NCBI GenBank assembly: GCA_015680685.1
Contig: MNCI01000808.1
Span: 344,844 to 408,843, forward strand
Origin: Gnetum montanum
Taxonomy: Eukaryota > Plantae > Gnetophyta
Reading direction: 5' to 3'
DNA length: 64,000 nucleotides
Shown in pieces: positions 11,592-21,549 of the stretch; position 1 is the first letter of the stretch; each line of letters starts with the position of its first letter. The translations under genes and the position numbers were made by a program. The notes under the pieces are model-generated. The model was not told the origin of the DNA and did no database searches. It worked only from the letters and a program-made list of their open reading frames with translations.

Positions 11592-14500
11592 TTCGTTTGC
11601 TCTGGACAAGCATCTTTTTGAGTACTGTGATGATTGTCTTATTTGTTGATTCTGCCTGCCCGTTGCTCTGAGGGTAGTAAGGGGATGAAAACGAGTGTTT
11701 GATCCCTAGACTATCGCAAAACATTTTGGTCTCGGCGCTACTAAATTGTGGCCCGTTGTCGGTGATGATTGTCATGGGAATGCCAAAACAGGTTACAATG
11801 TTTTCGAGGATAAAGTTGCATACCGGTTTAGAAGTAGTTTTACGAAGGGGCGCCGCCTCTACCCATTTCGTGAAGTACTCAGTTGCTGTTATAATAAAGC
11901 TATGCCCGGCAGAAGATGTAGGTGTTATCGGGCCGATGAGGTCAAGTCCCCACTTCTGGAAGGGCCATGTAATTTGTGTTGTGTGTAACTCGTTTGGCGA
12001 AATGTGGATGAGATTACCATGTTTTTGGCATACACTACATGTTTTGACCTTGGATTGACAGTCGTATTCCATGTGCGGCCAATAGTAGCCTAGGCGTCTT
12101 ATTTTCGTTGCCATTGCCTTCGGGGCGATGTGTCCCCCGCATATTCCGTCGTGCACCTGTTCAACAATTGTTTGGGCCTCGGTGCTGTTGACGCATGTTA
12201 GCAGTATGCCTTCATAGGATTGGCGGCACAATGTATCCCCTATTAATGTGTATTGTTTAGAACGCTTGCGTACTGCATCTTTTTGCGCATTGGTTAAATG
12301 TTGTGGCGTTTTACCGCGCAGAAGGTATTCCTTTACGTCATCATACCATTCGTTAGCATGTGTTGTACTGACAGATGCAATTGGAAGTACGTTGAGAGTG
12401 TTGGTTATGGGCTCGACATAGCTGGTCACGGAGCTCGGTAGTGCATGAAACATGTTAGGGGATATGTTTAAAGCTACGGTTGCTAAGGCGTCTGCAATGG
12501 TATTGTCATTCCTAGGGATATGCTGGACGTCAACCTTCTCGAATTGTTTAAGTAGGTGCTTAGCTAAATCACAGTATGGTTGTAGGTGTTGCGCTTTACA
12601 CGTATAGATGTCTGTGACCTGGTTTATGACTAGCTGTGAGTCCCCTCTGACTACAAGCGATGTAATGTCCGAAGCTAGTGCAGCCGCGAGACCTCTGAGG
12701 AGACCTTCATACTCTGCTATGTTGTTAGTACAATGAAAGTTGAAGTGATAGGCAAAAGGCTTAATTTCTCCAGAGGGATATGTTATTACAGCGGCAGCAC
12801 TTCCTCCTCGGGAGGTGGACGCTCCATCGAAATTTAGAATCGCATCGTAATCGTTTGGCACCGTGTCGATTGCGTTTACATTTTCGTCTGGGAATTCGGG
12901 TTCTATTGTACCTGTGTCATGCGTTGGTGACGTGGTCATTTGATTCGCTATAGCTTGACCCTTTACTGACGATTGTGCCACGTAGTGCAGGTCAAACTTA
13001 GCTATGATTGCCTTCCAACGAGCTATTCTGCTTGATTCGTAGATGTTTCCGGTTATAGCTCTGAGCACATTATCTTTGCAAATTATGTTAACTTGACTTT
13101 GGAAGAGATAATGTCGTCATTTCTTTAAAGCGAAAACTAGAGCTAGACATGACTTTTCTACATCGTTGTATCTCTTTTCGTGGGCAACCATGGCATGACT
13201 CAGGTAGTATACGGGGACCTCGGTTCCGTTGTCTCGTTTCTGGCATAACATGGACGCGATTGACGATTCTGATGTTGCCAAGTAGATGTAAAACGGCCTG
13301 TCATTTTTAGGTGGGAATATGGTGGGTAACCGAGCGAGTGCCGTTTTAACATTGTCAAATGCTTCCTGGCACTGCGGTGTCCATTCAAAGAGGGTGTTCT
13401 TGCGTAGTAGGTGGTTCATAGGCATGAGCTTTCCCGTCAAATTTTCTATGAACCTCCTAATGAACTGCAACCGCCCTTGTAGCCCTCGGAGTTCGGTTAG
13501 ATTGCTAGGTGGTTTTAGGTTCATGATGGCCTTAACCTTATTGGGGTCTACTCGTATCCCTGCCTCTGAGGCTACAAATCCAAGCATTTTGCCCGTTTTG
13601 ACGCCGAAAACGCATTTCTTCGGGTTAAGCCTTAGTTCGTATTTTAAACAACGTTTTAATACTAAGTCAAGATCTTGCACGTGTTGTTCTGGCGCTTTTT
13701 ATTTGACCACTATGTCGTCCACATAATCATTGCGCTTGTGTAGGATGTAATCACTGAAGATATATGTCATCGCTCTTTGCTATGTGGCCCCAGCATTCTT
13801 GAGACCAAAAGGCATCATTGTATAACAAAAGGTTCCCCAAGGTGTCATGAAAGTAGTTCGGAGCTGGTGTTCCGGATTGATACGTATCTGGTTATATCCT
13901 GAGAACCCATCCATAAAGGATAATAGGGCATGCCCAGCAGTTGAGTCAACTAGTTGATCAATGCTAGGTAAGGGGAAGTCATCCTTTATGGTTGCTACGT
14001 TAAGGTCCCGGAAGTCAATGCAAAGACGAATGCTTCCGTTCTTCTTTGGGACTATAACCATGTTCGATACCCATTCGGCATAGTCAACAGCCCTAATGAA
14101 ACCAGCTTGATAGAGCTTGGTAATCTCGCTACGAACTGCTAACGCCACTTCGGGTTTGACCTTTCGTGCTTTCTGTTTTACTGGCCTTAGTTTCGGATCA
14201 AGGATGATGTTGTGCTGGACGATACGGGGGTCTAATCCGGGCATGTCTGTATAAGACCACGCAAATGCCTTCATATTGTCCTTAATTACGTTTTCGATGT
14301 CTCTAGCCAAACTTGGTTCTAGTAGTGTACTTAGTTTTAGGATTTTAGTTTCCCCATTGGGCATGGTGATAGGTGTTTCGGTTAGAGGGTCCTCGGTAAT
14401 GTTTTCAGCTTCAATGTCGAGGGACTTTGTCATTCCCTCATATTCGTCAACCGTTTGCTGTGTTGAAGCTATCGTAAAGTCGTTCGCTGATGAGTTCGTG

Positions 14501-14655
14501 TAAACGAGATTCGCATCGATACTCCTTTCAATTGCGCCGTATGGTCCATCAATGACCAACGGCTCGGTCAAGCGCTTGCAATCCATTAGGCAAGTTCCTG
14601 TCAATGAATGGAAAGCCTGATAAGATAGCGGAGGTCGTTTCAGGTCTTTCAGCAA
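11592..14655 (-). pseudogene. pol: reverse transcriptase - RNase H - archaeal-type RNase H - integrase, single frame with three premature stops (~13780, ~13700, ~13117)
   Basis: FAWSYTDMPG, CIDFRDLN, MDGFSGYNQI, MPFGLKNAGAT, YVDD; aRH FDGAS...TNNIAEYEG...GDSQLV between RH and INT; HHCC zinc finger and D,D(35)E core (WGLDLIG, TDNGPQF, NGQAES). Confidence 0.93.
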
Positions 14656-14693
14656 TCTTTAGCGTACATGTGTGAAAATGAGTTAACATGATA

Positions 14694-14835
14694 AACGAAC
14701 GGCAGTTTAATGCCTTACCGGGCAACGAACGGCAGTTTAATGCCTTACCGGGCAACGAACGGTAGTTTAATGCCTTACCGAGCAACGAACGGTAGTTTAA
14801 TGCCTTACCGGGCAACGAACGGTAGTTTAATGCCT
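14694..14835. repeat. Tandem repeat, 30-bp unit x ~4.7, immediately upstream of pol
   Basis: aacgaacggtagtttaatgccttaccgggc repeated; minus strand contains AAGGCATTAAACTRCC, a variant of the UTR motif. Confidence 0.92.
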
Positions 14836-15052
14836 AAATTTGTTGTATATGTCATTTTTGTGTGTAAATTTTGCGTCTTTTTTTTGAAAATTCAAGGCGA
14901 ATTCGAAAAGTACGAAAAACGAGGCAAAAAGCAAGGAAAACAGGAAAGCGGCGGCGGCAGCGGCAGCTTCAGCGTCAGCGTGAACGCGCTATAAAAAGGG
15001 AAGCAAGGCGTCATTTTCTTCATTTCACTTTTGGAGCATGAGCGTGAACTGA

Positions 15053-15195
15053 GAGCGAAACCCCAGCGTGAACGCCGAGCCAAACCCCAGCGTAAACGCC
15101 GAGCCAAACCCCAACATGAACGCCGAGCCAAACCCCAGCCATACACGCCAAGAAGAAACTCCAGCCATGCACGCCGAGAAGAAACTCCAGCGTAT
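15053..15195. repeat. Short tandem repeat, 24-bp unit x ~4 plus degenerate copies
   Basis: gccaaaccccagcgtgaacgccga repeated. Confidence 0.8.
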
Positions 15196-15470
15196 ATGCC
15201 GAGATGGGCAGAGGCAAAGAACTGGAGGGCCAAGGGCAGAAAGGACCTGAACTGACCTTCGCGAAGGAGAGCTAGGCGATGCTGCAAGGTCTACCCTGCC
15301 CGAGCGTCTCCGCGTGGCCCGGATCTTCTCGCAGGTAGGTCTTTGACCTTGTTTTCATTGATTTTCCGTTTTCGCAGTAGGGTTTCGGCGTACACGCTGA
15401 GCGTGAAGGGTTGGAAGTATTGTCGGCGTGGATGCCGTGTGTTGTTTTCAGCGTAGTGTTTTGTTTTCGC

Positions 15471-16905
15471 AACTGTTTTTCGCACGCCGGGCGTATACGC
15501 CGAGCGTGATTGTTTTTTCGCACGCCGGGCGTGTTTGCCAAGTGTGACTGTTTTTCGCACGCCGGGCGTATACGCCGAGCGTGACTGTTTTTTCGCACGC
15601 CGGGCGTATTTGCCAAGCGTGACTGTTTTTTCGCACGCCGGGCGTATNNATTTTTTTCGCACGCCGGGCGTATACGCCGAGCATGACTATTTTTTCGCAT
15701 GCCGGGCGTATTTGCCAAGCGTGACTGTTTTTTCGCACGCCGGGCGTGTTTGCCAAGCGTGACTGTTTTTCGCACGCCGGACATATACACCGAGCGTGAC
15801 TGTTTTTTCGCACGCCGAGCGTGTTTGCCAAGCGTGACTGTTTTTCGCACGCCGGACATATACACCGAGCGTGACTGTTTTTTCGCACGCCGGGCGTATT
15901 TGCCAAGCGTGACTGTTTTTTCGCACGCCGGGCGTATACGCCGAGCGTGACTGTTTTTTCGCACGCCGGGCGTATACGCCAAGCGTGACTTTTTTTTCGC
16001 ACGCCGGGCGTATACGCCGAGCGTGACTGTTTTTTCGCACGCCGGGCGTATTTGCCAAGCGTGACTGTTTTTTCGCACGCCGGGCGTATACGCCGAGCGT
16101 GACTGTTTTTTTCGCACGCCGGGCGTATTTGCCAAGTGTGACTGTTTTTTTGCACGCCGGGCGTATACGCCGAGCGTGACTGTTTTTTTCGCACGCCGGG
16201 TGTATTTGCCAAGTGTGACTGTTTTTTTGCACGCCGGGCGTATACGCCGAGCGTGACTGTTTTTTTCGCACGCCGGGTGTATTTGCCAAGTGTGACTGTT
16301 TTTTTGCACGCCGGGCGTATACGCCGAGCGTGACTGTTTTTTTCGCACGCCGGGTGTATTTGCCAAGTGTGACTGTTTTTTTGCACGCCGGGCGTATACG
16401 CCGAGCGTGACTGTTTTTTTCGCACGCCGGGTGTATTTGCCAAGTGTGACTGTTTTTCGCACGCCGGGCGTATACGTCGAGTGTGACTGTTTTTTCGCAC
16501 GCCAGGCGTATTTGCCAAGCGTGACTGTTTTTTTGCACGCCGGGCGTATACGCCGAGCGTGACTGTTTTTTCGCACGCTGGGCGTATACGCCGAGTGTGA
16601 CTGTTTTTTTCGCACGCCGGGTGTATTTGCCAAGTGTGACTGTTTTTTTCCACGCCGGGTGTATTTGCCAAGTGTGACTATTTTTTCGCACGCCGGGTGT
16701 CTTTGCCAATTGTGACTGTTTTTTTGCACGCCGGGCGTATACGTCGAGTGTGCCTGTTTTTTCGCACGCCAGGCGTATTTGCCAAGCGTAACTATTTTTC
16801 GCACGCCGGGCGTATACGCCGAGCGTGACTATTTTTTCGCACGCCGGGCGTATTTGCCAAGCGTAACTATTTTTCGCACGCCGGGCGTATACACCGAGCG
16901 TGACT
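15471..16905. repeat. Minisatellite inside element B, 37-39-bp unit x ~38, two alternating variants
   Basis: gtgactg(t)n cgcacgccgggcg followed by tatacgccgagc or tatttgccaagc/t; NN at 15648-15649. Confidence 0.95.
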
Positions 16906-16909
16906 TTTA

Positions 16910-17904
16910 AGATGAAGTTTTGGGTATTGACTTTTGGCGTTGGTTAATGGTTTGCAGGGACGTTGAACCTCCCCTTCTTGTGATCGAGCTGGTTGGGGTC
17001 CTAACATGGTTTGGTCCTTTGGAGGGTGGCGACCCGACCCCGAACTTGGTCGTTGAGCATAATGGGGTTTGGTTCCGGGATGGGGCCTGTGAATTTTTAG
17101 CCTTCTTGCTGGATCATTTCGACGTCGTGGTTTAGTCCCATCTAAGCGAGGATGTGGCGCAAAGTATTATTGAGGCTATGCTACCTGGCGCAGCAGAAGG
17201 CGTCAGGATTTTTATGGAAGACATCGACGAGGGGCCGTTTGTCGCCGAGGGTGCTCCCCCCGGTGGTCCGAAATCGACCCATCCGTTGACCCGTGTATGG
17301 GACCAGCTGCCGCGGGGCCCCAATTCCCTCAACAATACATTATTCCTAGCAGGTCGTGCGCATACTTTGTTCCAGAATCCGCTTGGCACAGTATACCGGG
17401 TTGAAAGGTAATTTCGTCCTAACTTTGGTTGTTCCCTTCTTTCTCACGTTCAAATGCTTACTTTCGTTTCGACACATGTTTTCACTTTCCCGCAGACCAA
17501 AGATTACGCCAGACGGGGCCTATGCGGGTGATGATGGGATTGGGATTGGGACTGAGGGTATGATAGGAGTCCTCGTGCTCAGATTGCGCAACGAATTCGT
17601 CCTCTTCATCCCGTTGTGGTTTTACCGTAACCTGATCTAACGATTGGCTCCTGTGCAGAAGGAGCTGCGTAAAGAGCTCCGAGAATTGCTCCGGAATGGG
17701 GATCACGTCGTATGGGGATGGGATGAATTCATACCCCCCTCTGTAAAAGGTCTCAAATTGCCTTTTTACTTCTATCTCAGCCCGGTCTACTGCCAGGCCA
17801 GCTTGTATCTTAATGTAAATGAAGTTATATTCGTCTTGGCTTATGATATTAGCGGTAGGGTCTCTCCCTTGCAACCTCAANGCAGTGATGTTGATGGGAT
17901 TCAT
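16910..17904 (-). pseudogene. Decayed 5' ORF of element B (extra ORF or gag N-terminal extension); no recognisable domain
   Basis: 140-aa ORF 17904-17482 with protein-like composition, followed by a stop-interrupted frame; lies where Ogre/Tat elements carry an extra 5' ORF. Confidence 0.4.
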
Positions 17905-17989
17905 GATTATAGACGATTTGAGTGTGTGGAATTGATACTGATAACGGTGTATACGGTGGCGTAGACGAGTTTACAGGCTAAGTATCTAC

Positions 17990-18240
17990 GGCGTAAACGC
18001 CGGCGTGAGCGTGTAGCGTGTACGCTAAGTATGCAGCGTAGACGCTGGCGTAAGCGTATAGCGTGTACGCTAGGGTTTATGTAGCGTAGACGCTGGCGTA
18101 AGCGTGTAGCGTGTACGCTAGGGTTTATGTAGCATAGACGCTGGCGTAAGCGTGTAGCGTGTACGCTAGGGTTTATGTAGCGTAGATGCTGGCGTAAGCG
18201 TGTAGCGTGTACGCTAGGGTTTATGTAGCGTAAACGCTAG
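17990..18240. repeat. Tandem repeat, 48-bp unit x ~5, in the 5' UTR of element B
   Basis: gtagcgtagacgctggcgtaagcgtgtagcgtgtacgctagggtttat repeated; contains the telo-box-like TAGGGTTT. Confidence 0.88.
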
Positions 18241-18336
18241 AGTCGACAGCATAGACGCTGAGTCTGGTTTAAAAGCGGCAGCGAGGACGCTGATTAGCGT
18301 TAACGCTGAGGGACGTGAAGCCTGTTTAGCGAAGGG

Positions 18337-18353
18337 CCCTCCTTCTAGCGCCA
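18337..18353 (-). promoter_or_regulatory. Primer binding site, tRNA-Asn type
   Basis: Minus strand TGGCGCTAGAAGGAGGG, complementary to the plant tRNA-Asn 3' end (CCCTCCTTCTAGCGCCA), 5 nt from the LTR end. Confidence 0.85.
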
Positions 18354-21300
18354 AAAATTGTGCTGACCGAAATCGTCGGTGCAAGGCTGGAATGTAACGA
18401 ACACCGAAAGAGATGCGGACAAGCACAGTTGACCCTACCTCCGCTTGAGGGCAAGCTGGAAAGGACGAAGGTAGAGTGCCTTGGATGGTCCGCACGCGGA
18501 TCAAACAAGGACTTCCCCGAGCGCCGCCGAGGCGTTATACGCTGGGTTATGCATAAACAGGGCGTAAGCAATGAACCAGGCGTGCACAGCGCAAATATAA
18601 CAGGCGTAAACAGAATGGGCGTGAATAGCATGAACAGAAATGAACACAGCGTGAGCGTACAGGCGTGACAGCGTGAATGGATGTAGGGCGTAAGCAGGCA
18701 GACGATGTGAACCGTGGGCGTGTACGAATGGAGACGGAGCGAAGATGCAAGCGGGCGTGAACGAAGGGTGGGCCAAATTGGCGTAAAACTAAAAAAGAAC
18801 TCACGGCGAGCGTAAACAGTAGTCATCTTCGGGCACGAACCGAGCCCGGAGCGTGAACGTAAACAGGCGTAAACAAAGCGCGGGCCAAATTANATGAGCG
18901 TACAGGCGTGACAGCGTAAACAGCGTGAATGGATGTAGGGCGTAAGCAGGCAGACGATGTGAACCGTGGGCGTGTACGAACGGAGACGGAGCGAAGATGC
19001 AAGCGGGCGTGAACGAAGGGTGGGCCAAATTGGCGTAAAACTAAAAAAGAACTCACGGCGAGCGTAAACAGTAGTCGTCTTCGGGCACGAACCGAGCCCG
19101 GAGCGCGAACGTAAACAGGCGTAAACAAAGCGCGGGCCAAATTAACGTAAAACTGTAAAAGAACTTGCAGCAAGTGTAAACAATAGATTATGGAATTAAA
19201 GTTTTGTGCACCGGTCTAATGCAGTTGCGTGAGGACACAAGGCGAACGTAAAGCCCCGGTGAACGAAAGGATGCAGCTGACGGACACGGTAGGCGAAGCG
19301 CGGACTGTGCTCAGCGTGCAACGTGCAGCATGCAGGGCTTCCAGCGTAAGCGTAAGAGTATGAGGGTTTCAGCAGCGTAATTGCTCTGGGTCGGCTCTGG
19401 TAAATTTCTGTCTCCGCGTAAATGTGGAAAAGTGGGCTATTTATAGGGGTAGGGTTACCCAGAAAAGCGGATGGGGAGACACGTGGCGTATAGACCGGGC
19501 GTTACAATTTAGAAACATGATATACGCCGGGCGTATACATTACAACAGGCTGGCGTATACGCTGGGCGTGTACGCCGGGCGTGTACGTTGGGCGTGTACG
19601 CTGGGCGTATGTTGGGCATACACGCCGGGCGTATACGCTGAAGGATGTCCACTTGCTTCAATCCTTGCTCTCCGGTGTAATCTTCATGTTGCCATTGGAA
19701 ATGCTGGCGTCGAGCGTGTGCCTCCACCGTACCCGGGCATGTACGCTGAAGAGCTGGGCGTAGACGCTGGGCGTGTGTTGGGCGTACACGCCGGGCGTAT
19801 ACGCTGGGCGTAGACGCTGGCACAACATTTCAAAGATTTTTGTGGTGTTTCAGGGTAGATAAGATATAATGTGGTTAATACATTACCTTGATATGAAGTG
19901 CATTGGCCAGGTTGTGGATATGGTAGATACTAGGTTAGAGGTTTGTAAGTGATAACTACCCAAGGTGTACGGGTGAGATAAATGATGGAATGGAAAAATT
20001 TGCAATAGGGCCTCCATGACTAAGAGCGAACCTCCAGTAGCACTAGGATGGAGAATGAAAGAAACAAGGAACATAAGAGGACTAACAAGGGTGAAACTAA
20101 TAAAAATGCATAGAGGGGAAGAGAAAAACAAAAATGGATGGCATGGATGGGGTGAAAAGAGAAATAGTTGATTGCAAGAGATGTTTAAGAAAAAGAACTT
20201 AACAATTGCACCAAAAAGGAATGCTAATGGATCCTCCCCAAATCAAGATCATGCCTTTTATGCCCTAACAAACCCACAAACCAAAGAGTTTGTAGGCTTT
20301 AGGAATGACATATGGAAACAATAGTTAAGAAGTCACCCACAAGAATTTACCAAAGATTAACAATGTGTTGACTAGGATATAGACTAATCATAAAATTAAC
20401 AATGAGGTAGAAGATGGGAAGCAATATGGAAAGAGAATAGATAATGGAATGGAGTCCCAAAATCAAGGTTGTGTAAAGTCCCTTGTGTATTAAGTGGTTA
20501 AGGTGACTTAGTAAAATTCAGCCCAATTCCAGATTAAAACTAACCACATCCAGTGACCTTGCATCAACACACTTGACCAACCCATCCTCCTAAAGCAACA
20601 AGAATGCTTTTACAGGGCAACCACCATTCCAAGAAGAGAAGAATAGAGAAATAGGAAGTGAGAAAGGGTCATAGTTAGAGGGAACCTTCAGGCATGGGTA
20701 ACATGTCCTTCCAGTGCCATAACTAGTGCTTGTAGCCCATTTTCCTTTATTATGTCTAAGGGGTATGCTTTGAATTTCCACTAGTTTTTTTTTGTGAAAA
20801 CCACACCATGCAAAGACTTATTTGATTCATTCAACTTCTNTGAAAACCACACCATGCAAAGACTTGTTTGATTCATTCAACTTCTCAATATTAGTTGATA
20901 GGGAATGGTAGAAATCCTATGAAAAAACATCCAATTATTCAAGAGAATAGCTTATACAAATGCGTCGAATCCCCTTGAAGTTACACCTTTTTCAATCCAT
21001 TTGAATCTTTCCTTAGTTTGAAGAAACCCAAGCCACAAATTCATTAATACGTTTGATTAGAAAAAGAGATAATACATTTCCAAAATAAAAGGAGATCATA
21101 GAGTTGAATGGATCAATGAATGACATGGGCTCATTGCCTATTTTATCAAAAGAAACCATATCCTAGCGTTAACATTAAAAGTCAAAGGTCAAAACCAAAC
21201 ATTAGCAATCAACACCATTATAGTAAAAACCATCATTATAAGCACTTATTATGTGATGAGTGAGAATAAATCAAACAAAATATAACCATGGTTTAAAACA

Positions 21301-21549
21301 AAAACAAATAAAAATGAAAAATGCATAAAACAAAAATATGCAAAACTAAGGGCTTAGAATAATTAGCATTGGTGGCCCTCTCCCTCACAACTAAGTTAGA
21401 AGGTGGAGATCCAAAATAGTAAGCAAGGCTATCCATAAATAGAGGTAGTATTAGTACTAGCCATTTTGGGCTCATGAAAGGGTTTGGCTTGTTGGATGTT
21501 GACCAATAATTTCTTATCCAGGCTTCCAATTTTATAGATCATCATGGGC

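Larger units (their letters stand above)
8569..19852 (-). mobile_element. Young Tat-clade gypsy element B (3' LTR 8569-9871, 5' LTR 18359-19852) encoding RT-RH-aRH-INT with no visible gag or protease
   Basis: Perfect TSD GGGTA (8564-8568 / 19853-19857); near-identical CpG-rich LTRs; PPT AAAGAGGGGCCAA (rc of ~9872-9884); PBS at ~18337-18353. Confidence 0.93.

Noticed and set aside
11154-11671. ORFs spanning the N run
   Set aside because: Made of X residues; assembly gap
15272-16804. 340-510-aa ORFs in three minus-strand frames
   Set aside because: By-product of a stop-poor tandem repeat with variable T-runs; no domain
15471-16905. CRISPR-like array (37-39-bp periodicity)
   Set aside because: Units are head-to-tail with no unique spacers, no cas genes, and a plant retrotransposon context
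18337-18353. tRNA-like sequence (also 278-295, 27728-27745, 33962-33979)
   Set aside because: Only the ~18-nt 3'-end complements, i.e. primer binding sites, not tRNA genes
18650-19145. ~245-bp internal duplication in the 5' LTR of element B
   Set aside because: Centred on a single N at 18893 and absent from the 3' LTR; most likely unmerged contig overlap
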